A stretch of 32,000 nt of DNA from an uncultured Eubacteriales bacterium (GTDB taxonomy: Bacteria > Bacillota > Clostridia > TANB77 > UBA1234): assembly GCA_964602275.1 (NCBI GenBank), contig CAZRQF010000002.1, positions 12,415 through 44,414 on the forward strand, given 5' to 3'. Shown here piece after piece: positions 1-10,198 of this stretch (position 1 is the first letter of the stretch; each line of letters starts with the position of its first letter). Made by a program: the position numbers and the translations under genes. The notes below the pieces were generated by a model. It saw only the letters and a program-made list of their open reading frames with translations. It made no database searches and was not told the origin of the DNA.

Positions 1-257
1 GAAAGCGGAAAGCTTCTTGCCTGAATTTTTTTTATCAACAATTAAATTTTTCATAATACGACAATTATATATTATTTATGTTAAATTATCAATAAAAAAG
101 CTAAAAAGAATATTCCAAAAATTGGATACACAGCGTGGTAGTTTTGCAAAAGGCAAAATACCTTTTTATTTTGTGTTTTTTGACCTTTGCTATGGACAAA
201 AAAGTAGTAATAATATAAAATGAAAATCGCAATATGTGATACATGGGGGAATTTTAT

Positions 258-788
258 ATGAATATATGGCATGATTTAAATGATAGCAGAGTTACACCTG
301 AAAAATTTACGGCGGTTATCGAGATTTCTAAGGGTGGAAAAAACAAGTATGAGCTAGATAAGGAAACTGGTTTTTTGAAATTAGATAGGGTGCTTTATAC
401 ATCGACACATTATCCAGCAAATTATGGTTTTATTCCAAGAACTTATTCGGAAGATAATGACCCGTTAGATGTTTTGGTGTTATGCCAAGAAACGATAATT
501 CCACTTACATTGGTTGAATGTAAGCCGATAGGGGTTTTATACATGGTAGATGGGGACGAAGCGGACGAAAAGGTTATTTCAGTTCCTTGCAACGATCCAT
601 CAATGTCTTGTTATAACGATATTTCAGAGTTACCAACTCATATTTTTGATGAGATTTCTAATTTCTTTGAAGTGTATAAGACATTGGAAAAGAAGCATAC
701 AGCGATAAAACAGTTAGGCGACAAGGATGAAGCGAGAAGATGCATAAAAAGATGTATTGAATCGTATCGTGAAAAATTTGAAAGTTAG
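258..788 (+). CDS. ppa: Inorganic pyrophosphatase, family I (soluble)
   Basis: The ORF carries family I PPase motifs (YPANYGFIP, DNDPLDVLVL, DEKVISV). The start is placed at ATG 258 (MNIWHDL) because GGGGGA at 245-250 lies 7 nt upstream. ATG 243 is the alternative start. Confidence 0.9.
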   Translation: MNIWHDLNDSRVTPEKFTAVIEISKGGKNKYELDKETGFLKLDRVLYTSTHYPANYGFIPRTYSEDNDPLDVLVLCQETIIPLTLVECKPIGVLYMVDGDEADEKVISVPCNDPSMSCYNDISELPTHIFDEISNFFEVYKTLEKKHTAIKQLGDKDEARRCIKRCIESYREKFES

Positions 789-808
789 TAGTTGAAGGGA
801 TAAGTAAT

Positions 809-1981
809 ATGTTGTTAGAAAGAGTAGTTTATAGTATTTTATGTTTAGTGTTATTAGTTTACATGGTGAGTAAGTATTTTAAAGAACACAATAATATATA
901 TTTGGCAATGGTTGGACTTCAGATAATGGGCACAACGGTACAATTATTATCATTGTTTACTAATATTTACATGGATATTTTTGTTCAGGTTTATATATTA
1001 ATTTTTGGAATAATTGTTCCAGCGAGTATATTTATAACAGAGTATGCCGGAATGGATTTAACTGAAACTATGGACATAAAATTTGGTGACTATTATGCAA
1101 AAAAAGCAGAATACGATAAGGCAATTGAGAGATACAAAAAAGCGATAGCTAGAAATAGTAAAAATCCATTAACATTTTCAAAACTTGGTAAAGTGTATAA
1201 TGCTATTGGAGATAGAAGAACGGCTTTTGATAAGTTTGCAAAGGCAGTTGAACTTAATAGAAAAGATTATGAGTCATATTATGAAATTGGAATTATTTTT
1301 AATGAACTTGGTAAAAAATCCGATGCGAAGATTATGCTAGATAACGCACTTCGCATAAAACCTGATTATACACCAGCATCTGAACTTTTGGCAGTTGTTT
1401 TGTGTGCTCAAAATAAGTATGATGAAGCTATAAATGTCTATAAAGATGCGATTAGATATGAACCGGATAATTATCAACTTTATTATAGTATGGGCATAGT
1501 TCGTACCGAGCTAAGAGATTTTAATGAAGCAAAGGATTGCTACGAAAAAGCAATAGAATTAAATCCTGATTTGTATGAGGCGTATTTTAGTTTGGGGCAA
1601 ATACATTTGTTAAAGGGCGAGCTAATAGATGCGGAAACTATGTTTAAAAGAGCTCTTTACAATAAAGATTTAGCAGCTAAGTCATATTATCAACTAGCAA
1701 AAGTATATATATTAAATGGGGAAGATATAAAGGCTGTTACATATTTAGAGTACGCAATAGAGATAGATGCTTCATATAGATATAAAGCTGATAGCGAGCC
1801 TTTATTTGAAAAAATCAAAGATTATTTAACGGGATTACACATGGTTTCTCAAGTTCAAATGAAACTTGAAAAAGAAATTGATAAAAAGGTTAGTGAAAAT
1901 TATAAATCTGAAGACTATCAGCAAATAGATGATGAGGAAGCACAGTTTAACTATATGGATAGATTTTCGGATAAATCTTAA
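809..1981 (+). CDS. Membrane-anchored tetratricopeptide (TPR) repeat protein
   Basis: 390-aa ORF. The N-terminal ~80 aa contain three hydrophobic helices. These are followed by repeated 34-aa TPR-like units (A..Y.KA....P....A...LG..Y). Confidence 0.8.
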   Translation: MLLERVVYSILCLVLLVYMVSKYFKEHNNIYLAMVGLQIMGTTVQLLSLFTNIYMDIFVQVYILIFGIIVPASIFITEYAGMDLTETMDIKFGDYYAKKAEYDKAIERYKKAIARNSKNPLTFSKLGKVYNAIGDRRTAFDKFAKAVELNRKDYESYYEIGIIFNELGKKSDAKIMLDNALRIKPDYTPASELLAVVLCAQNKYDEAINVYKDAIRYEPDNYQLYYSMGIVRTELRDFNEAKDCYEKAIELNPDLYEAYFSLGQIHLLKGELIDAETMFKRALYNKDLAAKSYYQLAKVYILNGEDIKAVTYLEYAIEIDASYRYKADSEPLFEKIKDYLTGLHMVSQVQMKLEKEIDKKVSENYKSEDYQQIDDEEAQFNYMDRFSDKS

Positions 1982-1994
1982 GGAGTGAGTACAT

Positions 1995-2780
1995 ATGAGT
2001 GCAATACAAGCTTTAGTTTTAGGAGTTGTGCAAGGTCTTACGGAGTTATTACCAATTTCAAGCTCGGGACATTTATATTTAATTCCTTGGTTTTTTAATT
2101 GGTCTAATATTCCAGATTCTTTTGATGTTGCATTGCATGCAGGAACACTTTTAGCAATAGCATTATTTTTCTTTAAAGACTGGCTCGATTTGCTAAAAGG
2201 TGCATATAGGCAAGTTGTTCATAAAGAAAAAAATCCGGAAGGAAAAATGTTTTTTTACTTAGTTTGTGCAACAATACCTAGTGGAATAATAGGTTTTGTA
2301 CTTGACAAATTTTGCGAAGATTTATTAACTAAACCATTAATAATTGCAATTGCATTAATTGTGATGGGTATATTGCTTTATGTGTTTGATAAAAAGTTTG
2401 AGTCAAAAGTTAAATACGAAGATATGACATTTAAACAAACTTTTATAATTGGAATGTCACAAATACTTGCATTTATACCTGGTGTTTCACGCTCGGGAAT
2501 TACAATGACAACGGCAAGAGCTTTAAAAATAGAGCGTGAATCTGCTGCAAAGTATTCATTCATGCTTTCTGCACCAATAGTTTTGGCAGCTACTTTATAT
2601 AAATTTAAAAGTTTTGTATTTGATATTCCGTTTATAATAGGCGTATTATCAAGTTTTATAGTTGGAATTTTAGTTATCAAGTTTTTGCTTAACTATTTAA
2701 AAAAGGGCGATTTTAAATATTTTGCAATTTATAGAGTTTTACTAGGTGTAACGGTTATATTAGTATACTTTTTAAGATAA
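1995..2780 (+). CDS. uppP: Undecaprenyl-diphosphate phosphatase (BacA/UppP)
   Basis: The N-terminal signature ELLPISSSGHL and a second motif PGVSRSGITM are present. The protein is polytopic and 261 aa long. A GGAG RBS lies upstream. Confidence 0.92.
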   Translation: MSAIQALVLGVVQGLTELLPISSSGHLYLIPWFFNWSNIPDSFDVALHAGTLLAIALFFFKDWLDLLKGAYRQVVHKEKNPEGKMFFYLVCATIPSGIIGFVLDKFCEDLLTKPLIIAIALIVMGILLYVFDKKFESKVKYEDMTFKQTFIIGMSQILAFIPGVSRSGITMTTARALKIERESAAKYSFMLSAPIVLAATLYKFKSFVFDIPFIIGVLSSFIVGILVIKFLLNYLKKGDFKYFAIYRVLLGVTVILVYFLR

Positions 2781-2798
2781 AATAGGAGGAATGTACAA

Positions 2799-3632
2799 AT
2801 GATATTAATTGATGGAAAAATGATTTCACAAAAAATTAAAAATGAATTAAAAAGAAAAGTAAGCACGCTTATAAAAAAGCCGAGTTTGGCTGTAATTAGA
2901 GTAGGCGAAGACGAAGCTTCTAAAATATATATAAAATTAAAACAAAAAATGTGTGAGGAATTGGGTATAACTTTTACTGAATATCATTTGAATGAAAATA
3001 TTGAGCAAGAAGACTTATTAGGACTTATACATAAATTAAATGCTGATGACGAAACAACAGCTATATTACTTCAAAGTCCTGTTCCATACCATTTGAATAT
3101 ATTAGAGGCATTTAAAGCGATTTCGCCAGATAAAGATGTAGATGGATTTAATCCGGTAAATGTTGGAAAGCTTGCAATAGGGCAACAAGCTTTTGCACCA
3201 TGTACACCTATGGGTATTATGAGATTACTTTCAGAGTATAATATTGATGTAGAAGGCAAAAATTGCGTAGTAGTTGGTCGAAGCAACATAGTGGGTAGAC
3301 CAATGGCACAATTGCTAGTAAATGCAAATGGCACGGTTACGATTTGCCATTCTAAGACAAAAAATTTGGGCGAAATAACAAAAAATGCTGATATATTGGT
3401 GGTAGCAATTGGAGTACCGGAATATATTACAGCAGATATGGTTAAAGATGGAGCAGTTGTTATTGATGTTGGAATAAATAGATTACCAGACTCAAAAAAG
3501 ATTGTGGGCGATATTGATTTTGAGAATGTTAAAGATAAATGTAGTTATATTACACCAGTACCAGGGGGCGTTGGACCGATGACTATAATTACACTTATGG
3601 AAAATGTTATAAAAACTGCAGAAACGCTATAA
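2799..3632 (+). CDS. folD: Bifunctional methylenetetrahydrofolate dehydrogenase/cyclohydrolase
   Basis: FolD motifs are present: GRSNIVGRPMAQLL, PGGVGPMT and DVDGF. An AGGAGGA RBS lies before ATG 2799. Confidence 0.93.
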   Translation: MILIDGKMISQKIKNELKRKVSTLIKKPSLAVIRVGEDEASKIYIKLKQKMCEELGITFTEYHLNENIEQEDLLGLIHKLNADDETTAILLQSPVPYHLNILEAFKAISPDKDVDGFNPVNVGKLAIGQQAFAPCTPMGIMRLLSEYNIDVEGKNCVVVGRSNIVGRPMAQLLVNANGTVTICHSKTKNLGEITKNADILVVAIGVPEYITADMVKDGAVVIDVGINRLPDSKKIVGDIDFENVKDKCSYITPVPGGVGPMTIITLMENVIKTAETL

Positions 3633-3646
3633 AAGATGTGTGAGGG

Positions 3647-3687
3647 CACAGATTTAAGCTTTATATAGGCTTAGTCTGTGTTTTTTT
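3647..3687 (+). terminator. Rho-independent terminator after folD
   Basis: The stem pairs CACAGA..TAAGC with GCTTA..TCTGTG, with a small bulge. It is followed by T7 at 3681-3687. Confidence 0.7.
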
Positions 3688-3709
3688 ATTAAAAGAAAGG
3701 AAATGAAAT

Positions 3710-4570
3710 ATGAATTATTGGATTTGGTTTGCAAATATAAAGGGGTTAGGGAGCGTACAAAAGAAAAAATTGCTAGAAATATATGATTCTCCAGAAAAAA
3801 TATATAAAGCGAGTAAAATTAGTTTGGAGTCTACTGGCGTTTTAAGAAAAGGCATAGCGGAAGAAATTGATAAGAGCAAAAATGACAGTCTTATAAAAAG
3901 ATATGAAGATTATATGATAAAACATAATATATCAGTTATAAACATCGAGGATAAAGCTTATCCAAAACCTTTAAAAGAAATACACGATCCGCCAATAACT
4001 ATTTTTGCCAAAGGAAATGTCAACTTGCTAAATGATTTTTCTATTTCGATAGTTGGTTGTCGAGATGCAACTAATTATGGACTTTTGATGTCGAAAAAGT
4101 TAGCATATGATATAGCAATGAAAAATATAGTAATAGTAAGTGGACTTGCAAAAGGTATTGATGCGAGTGCTCACATAGGTGCACTTGCTGCAAAAGGAAA
4201 GACAATAGCTGTATTGGGATGCGGTGTAGATATTCCGTATCCTAAGCAAAATGTTGAACTATATAAGGAAATATTAAAAGAAAATTTAGTAATTTCTGAA
4301 TATTTGGTTGGGACGAAGCCAGAAGCTGGTAATTTCCCTGCTAGAAACCGCATAATTAGCGGACTTTCGCAAGGCGTTATAGTTGTCGAGGCAAGAGAAA
4401 ATAGTGGCAGTATTATAACTGTTGATTTTGCATTAGAACAAGGACGAAATGTTTATGCTGTCCCTGGAAATATTAATTCGCAAAATAGTTTTGGCACAAA
4501 TGAGCTTATAAAGCAAGGTGCAAAGCTAATTACGAATAGTCAAGATGTGCTAGAAGATATGGGGCTTTAA
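3710..4570 (+). CDS. dprA: DNA processing protein DprA/Smf
   Basis: DprA Rossmann-domain motifs are present: GLAKGIDASAH, GVDIPYPKQN, FPARNRIISGLS and ALEQGRNVYAVPG. Confidence 0.9.
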   Translation: MNYWIWFANIKGLGSVQKKKLLEIYDSPEKIYKASKISLESTGVLRKGIAEEIDKSKNDSLIKRYEDYMIKHNISVINIEDKAYPKPLKEIHDPPITIFAKGNVNLLNDFSISIVGCRDATNYGLLMSKKLAYDIAMKNIVIVSGLAKGIDASAHIGALAAKGKTIAVLGCGVDIPYPKQNVELYKEILKENLVISEYLVGTKPEAGNFPARNRIISGLSQGVIVVEARENSGSIITVDFALEQGRNVYAVPGNINSQNSFGTNELIKQGAKLITNSQDVLEDMGL

Positions 4571-4596
4571 GTGGCAGTAAATTTTAGCTTAATTTG

Positions 4597-4625
4597 TTTA
4601 CATTTTAATGCTTTTCATATATAAT
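4597..4625 (+). promoter_or_regulatory. Sigma-70-type promoter for the PBP gene
   Basis: TTTACA (4597-4602), a 17-nt spacer and TATAAT (4620-4625) lie about 30 nt upstream of the RBS GGAGG. Confidence 0.55.
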
Positions 4626-4654
4626 AATTTTGAATATTTATAGGAGGCGAGTAA

Positions 4655-7036
4655 ATGCCAAAGAAGAAAAAAAACAAGAAAAAAAATAAATTTTTTAAGA
4701 TATTGCTTAAAATATTTTTATTTGCAATTTTGCTTGGAATTTTGGTGATGTCAGGGCTTTTTATAGGCTTGTATTATTCAATAGCAAATGGTGCAGGAGC
4801 ATTATCTAAGGCAGATTATGAAATAAATAAGTTTACAACAATAATATATGATAAAAATGGCGATGAGTATACGAGAATTAGTGGTGGAGAAAATAGAACA
4901 TATGCTACATTAGATCAGATTTCGCCGTATTTACCAAAAGCAATTATCTCAATTGAAGATGAAAGATTTGAAACTCACTTTGGGATAGATGTTAAAAGAA
5001 CAGCTGGTGCTACTGTAAAATATGCACTTAGTAAGGTGGGCATCGGAAGTGCAAGTTACGGTGGTAGCACGATAACGCAACAGGTTGTAAAAAAAGTAAC
5101 AGGAGAAGAAGACAGAACTGCTACGAGAAAAATAAAAGAAATAATTAGAGCAATACAATTAGAAAAACAACTATCTAAAAATCAAATTATAGAGCTTTAT
5201 ATGAATTTAATATATTTAGGTGAAGGTGCATATGGTGTTCAAACTGCTGCACATACATATTTTGACAAAGATGCAAGTGAACTTACAATTGCTGAATGTG
5301 CTTTGATTGCTGGGCTTGCTCAAGCACCAGAGGGTAAAAATCCATATAATTATCCAGAAAAAGCAAAAGCAAGACAAGAATTAGTTTTATTAAAAATGCA
5401 TGAACTTGGATATATAACTGATGAACAATATACTGATGCACTAAATCAAGAATTAGTGTACACAAAAGGAACATTAGAACTTGTATCAAGCAATTCATAT
5501 TTCGTTGATGCCGTAATTGAAAATGTAATAGCTGATTTGCAGGAAACAAAAGGTGTTACAAGAGTTATGGCAGAAAAGATGATATATAATGACGGATTAA
5601 AAATATATACAACAGTTGATCCTGATATTCAATCTACAATGGAAACTGTATTTGCTGACGATTCATATTTTCAAAATAAAAACGGTCAATATGATGAAAA
5701 TTTGCAAGCAGCAATGGTTGTTATAGATTATAAAAAAGGAAATGTTGTTGGATTAGTCGGTGGTGCTGGCGAAAAAACTAGATTAAGAGGCCTAAATAGA
5801 GCAACGCAAATAACTAGAGCACCTGGTTCTAATATTAAGCCACTAGCAGTATATGGTGCTGGACTTGAAAATGGCACATTAACTGCAGCTACTGTGTTTG
5901 ACGATGTACCAGTTGCATATAAAATAGGAAACAAGGTTTGGTCACCAAGTAACTATGATTCGAGATACAGAGGGCTATCAAACATTAGAAAAGGTATCGA
6001 AATTTCTATGAACATTGTTGCTGTAAAGGCGTTTTATCAAGTAAATGCTATTGATTCAGATTATTCATATGAATTTTTGAAAAATTTAGGCATTACAACA
6101 TTAACAAGTAATGACCGTTATCCAGCTGCTTTGTCTTTGGGAGGATTAACAAAAGGTGTATCTCCACTTGAACTTGCGGCAGCATATGGTACAATTGCAA
6201 ACTCTGGTATATACATAGAACCTAAATTATATACAAAAGTGGTTAATAGAACAGGCGAAACTATTTTGGAAAACAAGAGCGAAGTTAGAGATGTAATGTC
6301 AAAGGAAAATGCATTTATTTTAACAGATATGATGACAGAAGTTACTACCGGAAGTGAAGGAACTGCTTTATCAGCAAAGATTAAAAATATAGATACAGCA
6401 GGAAAAACAGGTACAACAAGTGATACAAAGGATAGATGGTTTACAGCGTATACACCATATTATGTTGGCTCTGTATGGGTAGGATATGATGTACAAAAAG
6501 AGTTGAATACAAAAGGAAATCCATCAGCAAAACTTTGGAAAGCAGTTATGGAAGATGTACACAAAGATTTAGCACCTGCTAAATTTGAAAAACCAGATGG
6601 CGTTGTAGAAGTTGAAGTTTGTAGGGATTCAGGTTTGTTACCAACGGAAGCATGCAAAAACGACAAACGAGGAAGTAGAGTTTATACTGAATATTTTAAT
6701 TCAAAAAATGGCACAATACCTACTGAATATTGTTCAACTCATGTATACTATGAAGTTTGCCCAGATACTTTTAAACTAGCAAATCCGATGTGCAAACATT
6801 TAGTAGGAACAATAAAAATTGTAAGACTTAATAGACATTATGAAGAGGGTGAACCAACAAAATTGCCAGAGGATTACGCTTATGAAATACCAAGCACTTA
6901 CTGCGATTTTGAAGAGCATTATTGCCCGGTAGATGAAGATGGTAATTGGATAACGAATTTTTATACATCAGAGATAGAAGACGATGATGATGATTTTGAA
7001 AGCTTAAGTAGTAGAAGACATAGAAACAGAAACTAA
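4655..7036 (+). CDS. Class A penicillin-binding protein (glycosyltransferase plus transpeptidase), PBP1A type
   Basis: The protein has an N-terminal basic tail and a TM anchor. GT51 motifs are EDERFETHFGID, GGSTITQQ and RKIKE. Transpeptidase motifs are SNIK (SxxK), SMN (SxN) and KTGT. The C-terminal tail is Cys-rich and acidic. Confidence 0.92.
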   Translation: MPKKKKNKKKNKFFKILLKIFLFAILLGILVMSGLFIGLYYSIANGAGALSKADYEINKFTTIIYDKNGDEYTRISGGENRTYATLDQISPYLPKAIISIEDERFETHFGIDVKRTAGATVKYALSKVGIGSASYGGSTITQQVVKKVTGEEDRTATRKIKEIIRAIQLEKQLSKNQIIELYMNLIYLGEGAYGVQTAAHTYFDKDASELTIAECALIAGLAQAPEGKNPYNYPEKAKARQELVLLKMHELGYITDEQYTDALNQELVYTKGTLELVSSNSYFVDAVIENVIADLQETKGVTRVMAEKMIYNDGLKIYTTVDPDIQSTMETVFADDSYFQNKNGQYDENLQAAMVVIDYKKGNVVGLVGGAGEKTRLRGLNRATQITRAPGSNIKPLAVYGAGLENGTLTAATVFDDVPVAYKIGNKVWSPSNYDSRYRGLSNIRKGIEISMNIVAVKAFYQVNAIDSDYSYEFLKNLGITTLTSNDRYPAALSLGGLTKGVSPLELAAAYGTIANSGIYIEPKLYTKVVNRTGETILENKSEVRDVMSKENAFILTDMMTEVTTGSEGTALSAKIKNIDTAGKTGTTSDTKDRWFTAYTPYYVGSVWVGYDVQKELNTKGNPSAKLWKAVMEDVHKDLAPAKFEKPDGVVEVEVCRDSGLLPTEACKNDKRGSRVYTEYFNSKNGTIPTEYCSTHVYYEVCPDTFKLANPMCKHLVGTIKIVRLNRHYEEGEPTKLPEDYAYEIPSTYCDFEEHYCPVDEDGNWITNFYTSEIEDDDDDFESLSSRRHRNRN

Positions 7037-7066
7037 ACCAAAATTAAAATATGAGGAGGAATAGTA

Positions 7067-8188
7067 ATGGTAAAAAAAGTTGGAATACTAACAGCTGGGG
7101 GAGATTGTCCAGGGTTAAATGCAGTTATAAGAGGGATAGTAAAAACGGCAGAATACAACAATGTTGAAACATATGGATTTTTGCAAGGTTATAAGGGGTT
7201 ATATGAAAATCAATATATAAAGCTTGATTCTTATGTAACTTCTGGAATAGTACATTTAGGCGGAACAATATTAGGTTCAAATAACAAAACGAATATATTT
7301 GCGATGCCTGAAAAAGCACCAGACGGAAGCATAGCTTATGTAGATAAATCTTTTGAAGTTACTGATAGATTATGCAAAGATGGATTTGACTGCTTGATAG
7401 TAATTGGCGGAGATGGTTCTTTAAAGTCGGCTCGTGATTTTACAAGAAGAGGGTTAAATGTTATAGGTGTACCAAAGACTATTGATAATGATGTCCCATA
7501 TACAGACATGACTTTTGGATTTAACACAGCAGTAGGTGTTGCAACGGAAGCAATAGATAGATTGCATACAACAGCTGAAGCTCATGGGAGAATTATGGTA
7601 CTAGAAGTTATGGGTAGATATGCAGGTTGGATTGCTATGGCAGCAGGTATTGCTGGCGGTGCTGACACCGTTTTAGTACCAGAAATACCATACGATATAA
7701 ATTCCGTAGTAAAGAAAATTGAACAAAGAAGAAAAATGGGAAAACGCTTCAGTATAGTGGTAGTAGCAGAAGGTGCAAAACCAAAAGAAGGTACGATTTC
7801 AGTAAGGTCAGTAGAAGAAAATAATAACGGTTTAGATGCAATTAAACTTGGCGGTGCAGCTGAGTATGTTGCAAAAGAAATAGAGAGATTGACAGGTCAA
7901 GAGGCAAGAGCAACAAATTTGGGCTATCTTCAAAGAGGTGGCAATACTTGCCCATATGATAGAATTTTATCGACAGAATATGGCTCAGCAGCTATGCAAC
8001 TTGCCATTGAAGAGAAGTTTGGAAGAATGGTAACTATGCTTAATGGTAAAATTACTGATGTATCATTAGACGATGTTGCAGGTAAAGATACAGAAATAGG
8101 TTCAAAATCTTCAAATTTAAAATTATTAGATTTGAATGGAGATTATGTAAAAACTGCTCGTAGAGTTGGAATTTGTCTTGGTGATTAA
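7067..8188 (+). CDS. pfk: 6-phosphofructokinase (PfkA superfamily; phosphoryl donor not assignable by eye)
   Basis: PFK motifs are present: GILTAGGDCPGLNAVIRG, GGDGS, PKTIDND, MGR and GYLQRGG. Confidence 0.9.
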   Translation: MVKKVGILTAGGDCPGLNAVIRGIVKTAEYNNVETYGFLQGYKGLYENQYIKLDSYVTSGIVHLGGTILGSNNKTNIFAMPEKAPDGSIAYVDKSFEVTDRLCKDGFDCLIVIGGDGSLKSARDFTRRGLNVIGVPKTIDNDVPYTDMTFGFNTAVGVATEAIDRLHTTAEAHGRIMVLEVMGRYAGWIAMAAGIAGGADTVLVPEIPYDINSVVKKIEQRRKMGKRFSIVVVAEGAKPKEGTISVRSVEENNNGLDAIKLGGAAEYVAKEIERLTGQEARATNLGYLQRGGNTCPYDRILSTEYGSAAMQLAIEEKFGRMVTMLNGKITDVSLDDVAGKDTEIGSKSSNLKLLDLNGDYVKTARRVGICLGD

Positions 8189-8209
8189 TTAAGAAAGGTT
8201 GAATTAATT

Positions 8210-9616
8210 ATGTATGTAAACGAGGAACTTGAAGAATTTAAAAGATATATAAAAGGCAGAAATGTTGCAATTATGGGGATGGGAATTAGCAATACTCCGC
8301 TTATTCAATATCTAATGAAGTTAGATGCTAATATAACTGTTTTTGATAGGAAAACAGAAGAAGAATTGGATAAAGCAATATGTGAAGAATATATGCTACA
8401 AGGTGTCAGATTTTCATTAGGTGAAAATTATTTAGATAATCTAGTGGGTTATGATATAATTTTTAGATCTCCTAGTATGCGCCCTGATACTCCAGCACTT
8501 GAAAAAGAGCTAGATAGAGGGGCAATACTTACATCTGAGATTGAAATGCTTATAGATTTGTGCCCCGGCAAGATAATAGGCGTTACTGGTAGTGACGGAA
8601 AAACCACCACAACAACGCTTATATACAAAATGCTTCAAGAAGAAGGCTATAATTGTTATTTAGGGGGTAACATAGGCATTCCACTATTTTCTAGAATTGA
8701 CGAGATGCGTCCAGAAGATATTGTAGTGCTAGAGTTAAGCAGTTTCCAATTAATGACACTAAAAAAGAGCCCAAATATTGCCGTAATAACGAATATATCT
8801 CCAAATCATTTAGATATTCACAAAGATTATCAAGAGTACATTGAAGCTAAAAGAAATATATATTTGCATCAAACAAAAGACGACTTGCTTATAACTAATT
8901 ATGATAATGAAATTACAAGAGAACTTGCAGAAACGGCAAAGGGCAATGTTAGATTTTTTAGTACATACACAAGACTTGATAATGGTGTAGTGCTTGACCA
9001 AAATATTATAAAAACATGTGTTTCTAAGGTAAGAACACAAATTATAAATGCAGACGAAATATTACTACTAGGAAGACACAATGTCGAAAATGCTTGTACT
9101 GCAATTGCGGCAGTTCAAGATTTAGTGAAGACAGAGTCAATTATAAAAGTGTTAACAACTTTTAAAGGTGTTGAACATAGAAATGAATTTGTAAGAGAAT
9201 TGAATGGTGTAAAATGGTACAATGACTCAATAGGAAGTAGCCCAACAAGAACGATTGCCGGTTTAGTTAGCTTTAAAAAGAAAGTGATTTTGATTGCAGG
9301 CGGATACGATAAACATTTAGATTATACAGAAATGGGCAAATATATAGTAGACCATGTGAAAATATTAATACTTTTGGGGCAAACAAAACAAAAAATAAAA
9401 GAAGCAACATTAAATGAAATAGAAAGTAGAGGGGAAAATATTGAGTTGCCACTAGTGGAATGCGAAACTTTAGAAGAAGCCGTAGAAGCAGCTAACAAGT
9501 ATTCAACTGACGGAGATACAGTATTTTTCTCGCCTGCAAGTGCTAGTTTTGATATGTTTAAGAATTTTGAGGAAAGAGGAAATATCTATAAAAAACTAGT
9601 TGAGAATTTAAAATAA
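8210..9616 (+). CDS. murD: UDP-N-acetylmuramoylalanine--D-glutamate ligase
   Basis: The Mur ligase P-loop GVTGSDGKTTTT is present. The MurD-type C-terminus reads SPASASFDMFKNFEERG. An N-terminal Rossmann segment GMGISN is also present. Confidence 0.92.
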   Translation: MYVNEELEEFKRYIKGRNVAIMGMGISNTPLIQYLMKLDANITVFDRKTEEELDKAICEEYMLQGVRFSLGENYLDNLVGYDIIFRSPSMRPDTPALEKELDRGAILTSEIEMLIDLCPGKIIGVTGSDGKTTTTTLIYKMLQEEGYNCYLGGNIGIPLFSRIDEMRPEDIVVLELSSFQLMTLKKSPNIAVITNISPNHLDIHKDYQEYIEAKRNIYLHQTKDDLLITNYDNEITRELAETAKGNVRFFSTYTRLDNGVVLDQNIIKTCVSKVRTQIINADEILLLGRHNVENACTAIAAVQDLVKTESIIKVLTTFKGVEHRNEFVRELNGVKWYNDSIGSSPTRTIAGLVSFKKKVILIAGGYDKHLDYTEMGKYIVDHVKILILLGQTKQKIKEATLNEIESRGENIELPLVECETLEEAVEAANKYSTDGDTVFFSPASASFDMFKNFEERGNIYKKLVENLK

Positions 9617-9626
9617 TTTTTTACTA

Positions 9627-9655
9627 TTGCAATATGTGTCAAAAAAGTATAGAAT
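9627..9655 (+). promoter_or_regulatory. Candidate promoter for small ORF 9689-9889
   Basis: TTGCAA (9627-9632), a 17-nt spacer and TAGAAT (9650-9655). This places the TSS downstream of ATG 9656, which argues for the ATG 9689 start. Confidence 0.5.
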
Positions 9656-9688
9656 ATGTTTAGTACAAAAGAAAAAGGGGAAATAGAT

Positions 9689-9889
9689 ATGTCATTTTTT
9701 GAAAGATTTAGTTTACCAATATCATTTACAAAAAAGAAAACATTAGGTATTTCAGCACCAACTGAATCACCAGTTTTAGGGCAAACAATGCCATATAAGA
9801 CTTTGGCTACATTTGATTTAACACTTGAAAAACCTAAATATGTTGGAGATATACCAGAAGCAACGGTTAAGTTTTATCCGTTAGACTAA
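9689..9889 (+). CDS. Hypothetical small protein (66 aa)
   Basis: An in-frame ATG follows the RBS AAAGGGG by 7-8 nt, and composition is native. I recognise no family. Confidence 0.4.
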   Translation: MSFFERFSLPISFTKKKTLGISAPTESPVLGQTMPYKTLATFDLTLEKPKYVGDIPEATVKFYPLD

Positions 9890-9898
9890 TAAATTACC

Positions 9899-9927
9899 TT
9901 GACAAAATAAAAAAACCATTATATAAT
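9899..9927 (+). promoter_or_regulatory. Consensus sigma-70-type promoter for rpmF
   Basis: TTGACA (9899-9904), a 17-nt spacer and TATAAT (9922-9927). Confidence 0.65.
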
Positions 9928-10006
9928 TTTATGCGTCGACAAAAGTTGATTCGATGGAATTGTTTATATAGAAAAAAATTAATTAGCATAAAGGGAGGGA
10001 ATATAG

Positions 10007-10198
10007 ATGGCACAACCAAAAAGAAGATGGTCAAAAGCTAGAACAGGTTTAAGAAGATCAACATGGAAATTAGAAAGTCCAAATGTTATAAAATGTGCAA
10101 AATGCCAAGAGCCTGTTGAACCACACAGAGCTTGTAAGAATTGTGGATATTATGACGGAAAAGAAGTTATAGCACAAAAAGAAAAAGCAGCTAAATAA
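10007..10198 (+). CDS. rpmF: 50S ribosomal protein L32 (zinc-ribbon form)
   Basis: The N-terminus MAQPKRRWSKARTGLRR is typical of L32. Two Cys pairs are present, CAKC and CKNC. The RBS GGGAGGG lies upstream. Confidence 0.95.
   Translation: MAQPKRRWSKARTGLRRSTWKLESPNVIKCAKCQEPVEPHRACKNCGYYDGKEVIAQKEKAAK

Noticed and set aside
17-272. Overlapping ORFs 17-223 (+) and 81-272 (-) upstream of ppa
   Set aside because: This is an AT-rich intergenic region. The products are low-complexity and I/F/K/Y-rich, with no RBS. The two ORFs overlap each other on opposite strands.
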